Shown here in pieces: positions 21,908-33,602 of a DNA stretch of 55,647 nt; within the stretch, counting starts at the first letter, position 1, and each line of letters begins with the position of its first letter. The translations under genes were made by a program, and so were the position numbers. The notes below the pieces were generated by a model. That model was not told the DNA's origin. It searched no databases and worked only from the letters and a program-made list of their open reading frames with translations. Source of the DNA: Thraustochytrium aureum (Eukaryota); contig BLSG01000198.1 of NCBI GenBank assembly GCA_012862495.1, positions 7,364 through 63,010 of the forward strand, written 5' to 3'.

Positions 21908-23200
21908 ATGGGGCAGCAACGCGACATGCACAACAAAACTCAGTCCATGGTGGGCCGAGCTGTGCGTCCGAGCGGAGCGAGCAGAGCGACGCTCTCGGGG
22001 CCGAGGCAGGTCTTGGATGCCCGACTTGCAAGCATGGATTCCCATGTCACGTCACTCCATCGTCTTGCACAAATCGAAGAAAGCGTCTTTGGCACGAAAT
22101 GGATCCCATGGCCAAATCTAAGTGCCGCCGCCCAAGACGAAGCCAAAGCAGTAACCGAAAGGCGAAGGCAGTTTAAAAAACGACCGGACGACTCAGGGCG
22201 GACGGTGCACAATGTCATGTTTGTTGCCTGTTTTTCCAAAGCCCGTCGCCTTGAGCCGCCGCGCGTGAACGCAGCAGGCCTACGAGTTGACATGCCACGA
22301 TTGGCAAGTAGAGACGTCGGGTTTGCCGCGCGTTGCCCACCCTGGATCGCCGCCGCTGCCGTCGCTGCCGTCGCGGCGAAGGATGGACTGATCCAACTCC
22401 CAAGCGACGCGAGAATTGGCAAGCACGAGGCCGCAGTGACCGCTCAGGCTTCTCAACCGAAAATCGGNNNNNNNNNNNNNNNNNNNNNNNNNNNNNNNNN
22501 NNNNNNNNNNNNNNNNNNNNNNNNNNNNNNNNNNNNNNNNNNNNNNNNNNNNNNNNNNNNNNNNNNNNNNNNNNNNNNNNNNNNNNNNNNNNNNNNNNNN
22601 NNNNNNNNNNNNNNNNNNNNNNNNNNTCTCAACCGAAAATCGGACGCGACGCAGTTGCAGGTTGTGCCATCCGTTGCCGCGTTGCGCAGCCATCAGCAGC
22701 GGGTTGCGGCCGTCGACCGCTTGTTTGCTGTCGCGTCCCCAGCGTTTCGCCAGAGCATCAACCAAGGCGAGCGCCGGCGCGCAACCACTGGCAAGCTGCG
22801 CCACATAGCGAATCGCCTTCCAGGTCGATCACAGCAGGCCATCGCAGGCCCACCAGGGCCAAGCCAGCTCGTGCGCGTCATGTCCCATTTGCGACAACCG
22901 CGACCAGCCCCCCTCCAGTAGCATGCGCAAAAGAGCTCGATCGCGTCGAGGTCGCGCTACATCGCGCAGCCAGCCCGCCTCAGGCGACCCAGCTGCAAGC
23001 AGGCTCGCCGGCCGCCAGGAGTCGTGCGGGGTCGCAGTATCGCGAGCTCGACCTTGGCCTTGCACCTATTTGCAATACTGCGTCGAGTACTCTGCTGTCG
23101 AGGACCGGCCGCGCAGGAGCCCTTCTTGCCGCGCTGTCCGCCTCGCCCGTTGACCGCGGCAGCCGAGCTCTTGTGCGGTGTCGCGCAGAGTCTGCCCGGG
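21908..23200 (+). CDS. Possible hypothetical protein, boundaries uncertain
   Basis: Closing the gap at 22468-22626 through its 17-bp flank overlap gives a long stop-free + frame from ATG 21908. No recognisable motif. Confidence 0.3.
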
Positions 23201-23290
23201 CTTTGTGCGTCCAGGGCGCCAAGCGAGCAGCGATCTCCAGGCGAGCAGGTTTCGCGGAAGATACTGCGTCCCTTGGTGCTCGCGCCCGGG

Positions 23291-25166
23291 ATGGCCGCCT
23301 TCGTCGCCGGGCTGCCCGAGGGCGCAGGCGCAGAGCTCGCGGCGCTCGCCTCGCGCCTCGTCTCGCTTGGGCAAGGGCACCTGTTTGAAGGCTGGGCCCA
23401 GCACGAGGGCGCGGACGCGGAGGCGGGCAAGCTCGAACTGCTCAAGCAGTTGCAGCAGCTGGACGCAAGCTACCCTGGCGGTCTCGGCGAGTACGTGGAG
23501 CGCGCCCGGGATCTGCTTGAGAAGAGCAAGAATGACTGCAACCCGTTTGAAGGATACACGCCGGGAGTTCCCTCCACCACGCGCTTCGCGTTCTCGGCGG
23601 TGGACCCTGCGCTTGCCGAGGCCGAGGCCGCCGGCCTCGAGGCGTTCCAGCGGTGCGCTTGCGTTCTGGTGGCTGGCGGTCTCGGGGAGGCGCCTCGGGT
23701 ATTCGGGCATCAAAGTGGAGCTGCCGAGCGAGATCTCGAGCGAGACGAGCTTCCTGGGATTGTACTGCTCGTACATCAAGGCGCTTGAGGGCGGCAGGGC
23801 GCGCGTGCCCCTTGCCATAATGACCTCTGACGACACGCACGACAAGACCATCGCACTGTTGGAGCGCGAGGCGTACTTTGGGCTCGACGCGAACCAGGTT
23901 CAGCTCATCAAGCAAGAAAAGGTGGCCGCGCTGCTGGACGACCGCGCGACGCTCGCGCTCGACCCGGGCAACCCCTATCGAGTGCTTACCAAGCCGCATG
24001 GTCATGGCGACGTGCACATCTTGCTGAACCAGAGCGGTTTGGCGCGCCAGTGGCGCGACAGTGGGCTGGAGTGGGTTCTGTTTTTCCAAGACACCAACCC
24101 AATGAGCTTTCGGACGTTGCCCTCGACCCTCGGGGTCAGCGCGCTCCTCGGGCTGGACGTGAACTCCGGCGCGATCCCACGCAAGGCTAAATCGGCGACT
24201 GGCGCGATCATGCGGCTGCAGCACATCGGGGGCCACGAGGTTACCATCAACGTCGAGTACAATTACATCGACGCCCTGCTGCGAAGCACCGAGCGGTACA
24301 GCGGGGGCGACGTCAACGGGGAAGACGGGTACTCCCCGTTTCCCGGCAACATGAATCAGCTCGTGTTTGCCCTGGGCCCATACGTCTCGGTCCTTGAGCG
24401 CACTGGCGGAAGCATTCCAGAGTTTGTCAACCCCAAGTACGCAGACGAGACGCGCACGTCCTTCAAGAGCCCAACGCGCCTCGAATGCATGATGCAAGAC
24501 TACCCGCTGGCGCTCAAGGACGACCCATCTGCCAAGGTTGGTGTTACTGTGTTTGAGGATGCCTCTCTTGAGCGCGAGTTGGGCGTCACAAGCCTGACGC
24601 ACAGACTGTACGCGCCAGCGAAGAACGCGCTCCTCGATGCGGCTGACAAGGCGGCCAACGGCGTCCCGGACGCGAGCGCCACGTCCACGGAGCTCGCCAT
24701 TTACGCGTGCAACGCGATGATGATGCGCTCTCTCGGCTGCCACGTCGAGGGCCCGGCCGAGAGCTCGTGGGGCGGCATCCAACAGCCGGAGTGGGCGCAC
24801 ATCGTCTTGCTGCCCGGGTTTTGCCCCTTGTTTTCGCAGCTCGGGGAGCGCTTCGCGGAGCCCTCCAAGGTGCGTATTTCGCGGCGCTCCACTCTTGTGG
24901 TTGACGGGGTCGGCGTGCGTTTCGTGGGCGAGTTCGACCTGGACGGCGCGCTGATTGTGCGTGCGGTACCGGGAGCGAAGGTCACTGTCAGCTCTGTTCG
25001 CGTCGTGAACGCTGGGTGGGGCTTTGTGTCGGTTGACGCGCTCGACGTGGACGAGTCTGAGGTGCACCGGATTCGCGGCTTCAAGCTGCCTGATGGCAAG
25101 CTCGGTGCCGCCAAGGTGGTAGAGTTCCTCGAACCTGGCGAATACCTCTGCTCAATCGAGAGCTAG
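23291..25166 (+). CDS. USP: UDP-sugar pyrophosphorylase (one frameshift near 23690)
   Basis: LGQGHLF, LDASYPGGL, LVAGGLGE|RLGYSGIK (restored by removing one G at 23689-23690), IMTSDDTH, KQEKV, TKPHGHGDVH, FQDTN, INVEYN, PFPGN, EFVNPKY, FKSPTRLECMMQDYP. Confidence 0.93.
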
Positions 25167-25403
25167 GCCGCTGTGGTTTGGCTTTGGCCAAAGCAAGGCG
25201 GGGGCAGGCATCCAGCTGGCTAACAGATATGATTTTGTGGTTGTGAATCTGCGAAGGAGGGGAGGGGTGGGCCGAACAAGGGGAGTACATCGCGTGCAGA
25301 GCGAGCTCACCATACGTACATCGGTCAGTTTCAAGGGCCAGTTCGTCGGTTTGGCCCGGCGCAGCGCCTGCGGGAGCCAAACGCAAGCAGAGCGCCGCGC
25401 TCG

Positions 25404-26492
25404 CTACACGGCACGGCCAGAGGGGCACCCGAGCTGGTTGCGGAGCTGGGCGAGCGGGATCTTGCCGTTCAGAAAGCATGTGGTCCATCCGCGGTCGCTC
25501 TTCTTGCCAGGGTAAACCTTGCGCTTGCAGTAGAGCGCAAAGGACGGCGGGCTTGTGAACTCGCGGCCCTCAAACTCGATCAGCCCAACCTCGCTAACGA
25601 CGCCTTCCCACAGGTGCGCGCCAAGGTACGGAACCGTGACGGTGTCGCCAGGGCGCACAAGGCCCTTGTTGAATAGGTCTACAATTGTAGTTTGGTGCGG
25701 GCTCTGCCGGGTGGTGACCAAGACCGGGTCCACGGGGTCCGCAGGGTCGGATCCACGCGGAGGCGAAGCAGCCAGGGCGCCAGCAGCATATCCCGGCTCG
25801 TCGCGGACGCTTTCGCGGTCGAAGCTGATGCTCCTCTTGCCACGGGGCGGCGTCCCGCACTTGGTCGTGTTGAGCCAGCGGGCCGAGGAGGATCCAGGCC
25901 CAGGGCTAGCCTGCGGGCTTCCTGTCCCGGGCAAACGGAATGCAGCGCTAGGAAAGCCCGTTGGGCGCGGCGAGGTCGTGGGCACGGCGGTTCGGAGGCC
26001 GAAGAGGTCCTCGCGAGGGGCCAGTCGCCTGCGCTTTGCAGTGCCTTGCCGCTCGAGCTCCCGAAGCGTCGGCGCGACGCACACATCGCAAAACCATGGA
26101 TAAGGCGCCTTGGCGCGCATGCGCAGACACGACTTGTGGAACACGTTGTCGCACTCGTGGAAGCAGCAGGTGACAGGGGCGGCGGGCGCCTCTGGCCGAC
26201 AGGCTTCGATTTCCTTGCCGCAGGTCCCGCAGAGCCCAAATGCGTGCATGAGCGGAACGCCCTCGACGGCAGAGTCGCAGTCGCTGCGCGGGGCTCGCGC
26301 GCTGGCCCACTTCGCGACACCGGCCGTAAAATGCAGGTTGAGGAGCAGTTCCGCGCCGTCTCCCGCAGCGGCTGCCGCGCGCCGCTTTCGCCGCTCTCGC
26401 AGCCCTAGAGAGACTCTCGCAGCCTCCTTCACCGGCGTGCACTCTCCAGTCGCGGCGCTCGCGGCCGGATCCGTCCCCAGCAGCCCATCCAT
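25404..26492 (-). CDS. PHD finger + RAMA domain chromatin protein (may extend 5' into the gap)
   Basis: C4HC3 pattern CGTC..CCFHEC..FHKSC..WFCDVC. The C-terminal TIVDLFNKGLVRPG..YLG..GLIEFEGREFTSPPSFALYCKRKVYPGKKSDRGW resembles the MPND-type RAMA domain. Confidence 0.8.
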   Translation of the reverse strand: MDGLLGTDPAASAATGECTPVKEAARVSLGLRERRKRRAAAAAGDGAELLLNLHFTAGVAKWASARAPRSDCDSAVEGVPLMHAFGLCGTCGKEIEACRPEAPAAPVTCCFHECDNVFHKSCLRMRAKAPYPWFCDVCVAPTLRELERQGTAKRRRLAPREDLFGLRTAVPTTSPRPTGFPSAAFRLPGTGSPQASPGPGSSSARWLNTTKCGTPPRGKRSISFDRESVRDEPGYAAGALAASPPRGSDPADPVDPVLVTTRQSPHQTTIVDLFNKGLVRPGDTVTVPYLGAHLWEGVVSEVGLIEFEGREFTSPPSFALYCKRKVYPGKKSDRGWTTCFLNGKIPLAQLRNQLGCPSGRAV

Positions 26493-27209
26493 CGCCTTCC
26501 ACGGCTGCGGAACCAGCGCGTCACCCCCCAAAAAAAANNNNNNNNNNNNNNNNNNNNNNNNNNNNNNNNNNNNNNNNNNNNNNNNNNNNNNNNNNNNNNN
26601 NNNNNNNNNNNNNNNNNNNNNNNNNNNNNNNNNNNNNNNNNNNNNNNNNNNNNNNNNNNNNNNNNNNNNNNNNNNNNNNNNNNNNNNNNNNNNNNNNNNN
26701 NNNNNNNNNNNNNNNNNNNNNNNNNNNNNNNNNNNNNNNNNNNNNNNNNNNNNNNNNNNNNNNNNNNNNNNNNNNNNNNNNNNNNNNNNNNNNNNNNNNN
26801 NNNNNNNNNNNNNNNNNNNNNNNNNNNNNNNNNNNNNNNNNNNNNNNNNNNNNNNNNNNNNNNNNNNNNNNNNNNNNNNNNNNNNNNNNNNNNNNNNNNN
26901 NNNNNNNNNNNNNNNNNNNNNNNNNNNNNNNNNNNNNNNNNNNNNNNNNNNNNNNNNTGCTGCTGGTGCTGGTGCTGTGCTGGTGCTGCTGCTGGTTGCT
27001 TTGTTTCTCTTGGCGCAAGGGAGTCAAGTCACATTCGTGGATCCGTTGAGCGACCTGGTGATTCGCTGGCCATGTGGCTGCGAGAGAAGCTAACGCATCT
27101 ACTGACCCGAAGTGCGCAGACATCGTCCAGACACAGATGCGCCACGCCGCGCGGAAAGCGGCGGTTGGCGCAGCAACGGCGCGCTCGCGCTAGCGCTGGA
27201 GGAGGCCCG

Positions 27210-28663
27210 ATGAGCACAATCGCGCCGTGGGGGGACCTTTTCCTTCAGTGCGGCAGCGCCGACGACTGCGCCAAGCTCGCGCCTGACGTAGCGGCAGGGC
27301 GCATCGAGTGTCTCGCCGTCCGTGCAAATGCAAACGCAACCACGGAGCACGTGTGCACTTGCGCGACCTACCTCGCACAAGGCGGCCCGCTGTGCACCGA
27401 GCCGCTCGACGGGGCCGTCGGCCTCGCGACCACCTACGTGGTGGTTGGCGGCCTCCAACTATTTTTCGGGGTCTACAAAGCGTACGTGCTTCGCGCGTCA
27501 ATGAAGCGGTATGGCAGCATCAACAAGGACTTGATGGCGCAGCTTGTGACGGCAGCTACGTTTGGCGGCGTGCTAGCCCTTGGATGCAACTCGATTCTCC
27601 ACGCAGCGAATCTTCTGAATCTCGCTACCTGGATGGGGCGAGCCTGGTGGGGTTGCGCGAGCGGCGTTGCCAGCAGCGCTCCAACCATCGTCCTTGGGCT
27701 TTTAACCCTCTCCTGGTACACGCGCTTGCGACAGATAAACCAGGAAGCCGAAATCGCGCCGAGGCGGGCCAAGTTCGCTCTAGGTGTCATTTTTCTGCTC
27801 GGCTTGCTCGTCGCCACGCTGGACGTCGCAGAGGCGCGCATAGGCGCACTGGGCCTCGCGATCTGCCTCCTGTGCTTTTGGTGCAACGCATACCTAGCCG
27901 TAGAGCGCCGCCTCGTGGACGGGCTCGTCAAGATCAGCATAAGCAGCCGCGATCGAGGGCGCGCCACAGCTGGTGTGCGGCTCCTGCAGGCGATGCGGAC
28001 GCTCACTCAACGCATAATCATTGGTGCAGCACTACTGGGAACAGGTTCTCTGGTCGAGATCGTGCACCTCACGCTTCCTCGCTCCAGGGCGGCTCTCGTC
28101 GTTGGCGAGGCTGCGCTCCTCCCGATCTTCTTCCATTCGGTCTCGTCGCTCGGGAGCTTCACAATGCTCTTCGCCATCGCAAGCTTTTCGCTCAGGCGCA
28201 TTACAGGCCTCTTGCAGAAGCTGCGTCGCAGGCAGAGCAAGTCTGGACGCTCCACTCTTGGCACTACGTTTTCGGCGGTCTTGCGCAACAGCAAAGTTTC
28301 GCTGCTGCGCCCGAGGTCGCTGCTCGTCCTCCGCAAAGGCTCCTTGTTCTCGCTTGTGCGCCGCAAGAACAGGGACTTGACCAGGTTCAACTCGATGCCC
28401 GCAATGCGCAACGAACGGCGGCGGCAGAGCTTGTGGAATCACAGCTCCTACAGACGCAAGGGAAGCTGCAAGCATCGATCAACGGAAACCCACTCTTCGA
28501 CAAGACGGTTTATGGTCGACCCGCAGGGCGAAATAGTTCAGGAAAAAGCTCGGGGGCTTCAATGCGAGATTTGGATGCGTTCCTTGGAGCTCAACGCATT
28601 TCAATCAGGAGCAACCAGGACCACCGGAGCTTCCAGGACCGCAAGTCGGACAGGAGCATGCAA
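27210..28663 (+). CDS. Orphan 7-TM membrane protein with a Cys-rich (EGF-like) N-terminus and a basic tail; 3' end in the gap
   Basis: ATG at 27210, six N-terminal Cys ending CTC..GPLC, then seven hydrophobic segments and an R/K/S-rich tail. Confidence 0.6.
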
Positions 28664-29721
28664 NNNNNNNNNNNNNNNNNNNNNNNNNNNNNNNNNNNNN
28701 NNNNNNNNNNNNNNNNNNNNNNNNNNNNNNNNNNNNNNNNNNNNNNNNNNNNNNNNNNNNNNNNNNNNNNNNNNNNNNNNNNNNNNNNNNNNNNNNNNNN
28801 NNNNNNNNNNNNNNNNNNNNNNNNNNNNNNNNNNNNNNNNNNNNNNNNNNNNNNNNNNNNNNNNNNNNNNNNNNNNNNNNNNNNNNNNNNNNNNNNNNNN
28901 NNNNNNNNNNNNNNNNNNNNNNNNNNNNNNNNNNNNNNNNNNNNNNNNNNNCTAAAAGCGAGGGACGGTCTAGCGGCAAGACGCTGAGCACACCCGACGG
29001 TTCGTCCAAGAAAAGCTTCCAGATCCGGGAGCCATGGGCGATAGGGTCGGGCGAAGGGCCGCCCCTGCGGCGCGGGTCTGTATTCGTACCGCAACAGCAA
29101 CAACGCAGCCATCTCAGGCTCGGCGTTGCGCGCGCGACGTCTACGTCTAGCTTGCTCCGAGAACGGAGCCTCTCCTTGAGAGGGAGCGCTTCTATTGTCC
29201 CACTCGTTCGAACGAGTGACTTGAGTGGTTTTTCGTTTGCCAATCCAAGTGTGCAGCGAGACTTGCGCCCGGATCAGCAGATTGACATGCAACTCGATCT
29301 GCGTTCAGTATTACAAGGGCTTGATCAAAGCGACCAAAGTAAAGACCCCTCACAGGGTTCCATGCCACAAGAAGCCTGGACAAAAATTACCGAAGAGGCG
29401 AATGCAACAGCGTCAGGTCACTCGGGGGACCGTGCTGGGGTCCTGGGGCGCGCCAGCAACCCGAGTTTGGCGAGCCGTGAGGAGGTGTTGGGCAACGGGA
29501 GAAGCTCGTGAACTCTACGAAAACGAATTGCGTTTTCTTTCTTTACCTAGAAGACTTGCAGCCCCTCTTGACGCCGCGGGCCCCGACGAGTGGGGTTCGG
29601 CTTGTTCAGCAAGTGGCGCCCTTCCGGCACTCGTACTCTTTTGATCCACCCCATGTGGTTGAGTGTATCAATCAAACGCCACCTCGATCGACACTCGCTT
29701 CGGTGAACCAGGGGCGACAAA

Positions 29722-30393
29722 CTATCCCGACCTGCAATCGCCGCGATGGTGGAAAGCCTCCAGGGACCTCAGCACCCTGTCCAGACTAGCAAGGTCCGAC
29801 TTGTCGGCGCGCTCGCGGACCCAAGCTCGCAAGAGTCCTGCGTTGCCAACAATCATTGCCGTGTCGGCTCTTGCGGTTCGTGTGTCCGATGATTCTCGTT
29901 TCACTGATACGCGATTCTGGCGACCTCTGCGCGGGGAGAGCGCCTCCCTGTTTCTGCTTTGCTGTGCAGGCACTGACTGCGCATACCCACAGCTTCCGCT
30001 GCGAGCGACATGTCGCAGAAAGCCATTCACATCCACCATCCCGTTTCGTGAGCAGAACGCCACATCGTTGGGTGCCAGGGTTGTATGCAGGTTTGCTTTC
30101 CGCAACCCTCTGGCGAAGGCTTTGATCGTCACCAGCCTCTCGCCCGTTCCGAGCGTCTGAAACACAGCTCCGACATCGTCCGTCCCGGACACCTTGGCGA
30201 AGTCCACCAGCCTAGCACAGACCTCGACCCACTTGGCCGCGCTGTCCGCGTGGGCCGGCCGACTCGGCGCGTCAGTCCACCTCATTTCCCCAAGTCTTCC
30301 AAGCGCGCAGCGCCGCCAGGCCCCGCGAAGAACTTCAAGCGCGACTATGCACCGAACGGCGCCGCAGCCTGCCGCCGCGAAGCCTGCAAGCAT
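29722..30393 (-). CDS. Hypothetical protein, possibly with a degenerate EF-hand pair
   Basis: 223-aa ATG ORF. AVFQTLGTGERLVTIKAFARGL and RNGMVDVNGFLRHV loosely resemble EF-hand helix-loop-helix units. Confidence 0.35.
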   Translation of the reverse strand: MLAGFAAAGCGAVRCIVALEVLRGAWRRCALGRLGEMRWTDAPSRPAHADSAAKWVEVCARLVDFAKVSGTDDVGAVFQTLGTGERLVTIKAFARGLRKANLHTTLAPNDVAFCSRNGMVDVNGFLRHVARSGSCGYAQSVPAQQSRNREALSPRRGRQNRVSVKRESSDTRTARADTAMIVGNAGLLRAWVRERADKSDLASLDRVLRSLEAFHHRGDCRSG

Positions 30394-31769
30394 CGAGCTC
30401 GCATTCGACCGCCATGTCCGTCGCCGCTATTGACGTGGGAGTTTGCCTGAACGGATCTATCCTGAGCGATCCCAACCCGCGTTCGGCCGAGGGAAATGAT
30501 GAACGGGTTGGTCGCCGGTCTTTAGAAGCACACGCAGGCCCCCGCGCGGCTCGCGGAACACAAAAGGGCTTGGCAGCGCGAGTTCCGCGGTAGCTCAATG
30601 GCAACCCCTCCAGCTCGCGTTTGGACGTGGGAAGGGATGAATGGAGCGATCGGCGGTCTCCGCGACGAAACCTCGAGTTTACTCTACCTTGTTGAACCCC
30701 ATCGGTCGTGACCACCGGCCGCGAGCCTCTACAGGTCCAGACAGCCTCTGCCCAAGTCCAACTCTGGACATCCTCCACCCAAGTCCAACTCTGCTCCAAT
30801 TGGAGAGGCACTAATGGCGACGATGCGAAGCTTGCGCTCGCCATGATCCACGTCGTGGCCACACGACTCGAGGAGCACGCGGGCATGATGGTCGGGCGAA
30901 AGGCTNNNNNNNNNNNNNNNNNNNNNNNNNNNNNNNNNNNNNNNNNNNNNNNNNNNNNNNNNNNNNNNNNNNNNNNNNNNNNNNNNNNNNNNNNNNNNNN
31001 NNNNNNNNNNNNNNNNNNNNNNNNNNNNNNNNNNNNNNNNNNNNNNNNNNNNNNNNNNNNNNNNNNNNNNNNNNNNNNNNNNNNNNNNNNNNNNNNNNNN
31101 NNNNNNNNNNNNNNNNNNNNNNNNNNNNNNNNNNNNNNNNNNNNNNNNNNNNNNNNNNNNNNNNNNNNNNNNNNNNNNNNNNNNNNNNNNNNNNNNNNNN
31201 NNNNNNNNNNNNNNNNNNNNNNNNNNNNNNNNNNNNNNNNNNNNNNNNNNNNNNNNNNNNNNNNNNNNNNNNNNNNNNNNNNNNNNNNNNNNNNNNNNNN
31301 NNNNNNNNNNNNNNNNNNNNNNNNNNNNNNNNNNNNNNNNNNNNNNNNNNNNNNNNNNNNNNNNNNNNNNNNNNNNNNNNNNNNNNNNNNNNNNNNNNNN
31401 NNNNNNNNNNNNNNNNNNNNNNNNNNNNNNNNNNNNNNNNNNNNNNNNNNNNNNNNNNNNNNNNNNNNNNNNNNNNNNNNNNNNNNNNNNNNNNNNNNNN
31501 NNNNNNNNNNNNNNNNNNNNNNNNNGAGGACTCCGCCGAGCCGCTCTCCTGGGCTAGCTCTCAGAGTCCGACGTACGCGCAGAGCAGCATAAGTAGTCGC
31601 AAGGCCGATTTGTACATGCTCAGGCACTAGCTCACGCGAGGACGAGAAGCACTCACGCGGGGCGCGGCGCGGGGCTGCATCGAGTGCACGGGGCCGACCT
31701 CGCTCTCGCGGCACTGGGCTCGTCTCGTCCGCGAGGCGATTGGTTGCGTTTTGGTTTGGTTTTTGGGGG

Positions 31770-32027
31770 ATGGCCGACATGGACGCCCACGTGGAGCTTG
31801 CGCCCGAGCTCGCGCCCGAGCTTGCAAGAGCGGAGGCGGTCGGTGGCGTGGAGGCTGCGGCGGAGAACGCGTTTCCTGGAGGCGTCGTGGCGCGGCATAG
31901 GCTGCATGCGAGCTATTTGTCTGCGGGGTACTTTTCTGGGCTTGTCGTGTTGGTTGTTGGCGTGCTGGTGCCGCTGGTGATAATGATGTTTCACAACCGG
32001 AAGTCGTTCCGCAAGCACAACTTGTAG
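31770..32027 (+). CDS. Small single-pass membrane protein
   Basis: 85-aa ATG ORF with an acidic N-terminus, TM GLVVLVVGVLVPLVIMMF and a basic tail RKSFRKHNL. Confidence 0.5.
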   Translation: MADMDAHVELAPELAPELARAEAVGGVEAAAENAFPGGVVARHRLHASYLSAGYFSGLVVLVVGVLVPLVIMMFHNRKSFRKHNL

Positions 32028-32265
32028 CTGCGGGAGCCCCTGCAGCCCTGCGCAGCAGTTGCCGCTGCCTCGTGCTTCAAGGTTGCTGGTAGAGTAAGAA
32101 AGAATGGTCGAAACGTTTTGTGCAGCCCAAATTCCGAGCAACGTCAAGGACACGGTTTGCGCCTGGCGGCGTTGGCGTTTCTGCACGAGGCAAAAAGCGC
32201 ACGCCACCGCGACCCCCTCGCAGTGGGGAAGAGTCGTTGCGTGTCCGGATTGATTCCTCCCTCCT

Positions 32266-33336
32266 CTAGCGGCTGTACGACGGGCAGCTTGGGCGGGTCA
32301 CCTCCCACGCGTTGTCGAAGGCCTGCACCACCTCGAGCGGGAGCGGCCCCTCCTCAGCCGCGCCCAGGTTCTCCTCCAGGTGCTCGAGCTTGCTGGCGCC
32401 AAGAATGACGCCGTCGCGCAGACCGCCCTGCAGGCGCGAGTGATGCATAATCCACCGAATGGAGGCCGCGGTCATGGAAGTCCCTGCTTGAGCGCAGGCG
32501 GCCTTGACAAGGTCGAGTGCTTCAAAGTACTCTGGCTTCCAGAATCGATCGCGGTACTTGATGCCCCATTCGTGCTTGCCGAAACGCCCGTCCTGGGGCA
32601 CGTCCACGATGGAGGCGTGCTTGCCGGTGAGGAAACCGCCTGCAAGCGGGTTGTAGGCGTAAAACCGGATGCCGAGCGCCTTGAGGGCCGGGAGGAGGTC
32701 GCGCTCTACGTCGCGCGTGATCGCGTTGTACATGCCCTGGTAGATCGAGGGGGCCACCCAGCCGCGCTCGCGGCACATGTAAAAGATCTGCACGGTTTGC
32801 CAGGCCGAGTAGTTGCTGAGACCCAGCTCGCGGAAGCGCCCCTCCTCGAACAGTTCCTGGCAGGCCTCGAGGGTGGCCTCCAAGTTGGTGAGGTGATCCG
32901 GGGCGTGCAGGTAGAAAACGTCAACACTGTCTGCGTCCAGGTCAGCAAGCGAGGCTTCGAGCTGGGCGCGGACGCTCTCCGGCCGAAGCGTCTCCCCGTA
33001 GCCTTTGAACGGGTTGGCCTTGGTGGCGATGAACAAGTTTTGCCTGATGTCGGGCCGCTTTGCCAGGATGCGGCCAAGGAGCGCCTCAGTCCCGCCGTGC
33101 TGGTACATGCGCGCGGTGTCGATTTCCATGCGTCCAGCCGTGAGGTGGTCCGCAACGCACTTGGCATTGGCAAAGGCCTCGAGCATGCGGACACTGGCTG
33201 CCTCGTCTGTCTGGCCTGCCATGGTCATCGTGCCAAGGATGACGCGCAGCGGCCGCTTTGAGGCCGCGCTACTAGCTTTGTTGCTGGCTGCAACCGAGCT
33301 AGAGCGGCGAACCACGGCGGCCTGGCCGTTGCTCGC
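32266..33336 (-). CDS. Aldo-keto reductase, AKR7 (aflatoxin B1 aldehyde reductase)-like; 5' end in the gap
   Basis: VILGTMT, EIDTARMY, IATKANP, FYLHAPD, LGLSNY, YQGMYNAITR, FYAYNPLAGG, YRDRFWK, HHSRL..DGVILGAS, EEGPLP. Confidence 0.92.
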   Translation of the reverse strand, partial: ASNGQAAVVRRSSSVAASNKASSAASKRPLRVILGTMTMAGQTDEAASVRMLEAFANAKCVADHLTAGRMEIDTARMYQHGGTEALLGRILAKRPDIRQNLFIATKANPFKGYGETLRPESVRAQLEASLADLDADSVDVFYLHAPDHLTNLEATLEACQELFEEGRFRELGLSNYSAWQTVQIFYMCRERGWVAPSIYQGMYNAITRDVERDLLPALKALGIRFYAYNPLAGGFLTGKHASIVDVPQDGRFGKHEWGIKYRDRFWKPEYFEALDLVKAACAQAGTSMTAASIRWIMHHSRLQGGLRDGVILGASKLEHLEENLGAAEEGPLPLEVVQAFDNAWEVTRPSCPSYSR

Positions 33337-33602
33337 NNNNNNNNNNNNNNNNNNNNNNNNNNNNNNNNNNNNNNNNNNNNNNNNNNNNNNNNNNNNNNNN
33401 NNNNNNNNNNNNNNNNNNNNNNNNNNNNNNNNNNNNNNNNNNNNNNNNNNNNNNNNNNNNNNNNNNNNNNNNNNNNNNNNNNNNNNNNNNNNNNNNNNNN
33501 NNNNNNNNNNNNNNNNNNNNNNNNNNNNNNNNNNNNNNNNNNNNNNNNNNNNNNNNNNNNNNNNNNNNNNNNNNNNNNNNNNNNNNNNNNNNNNNNNNNN
33601 NN

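Noticed and set aside
23442..25067. 541-aa antisense ORF and similar shadow ORFs opposite the myosin and AKR genes
   Set aside because: Expected from GC-rich codon usage on the coding strand, and they show no motifs.
30751..30793. Direct repeat CCCAAGTCCAACTCTG at a 27-bp period
   Set aside because: Only two copies next to a gap, with no element ends or gene context to interpret.
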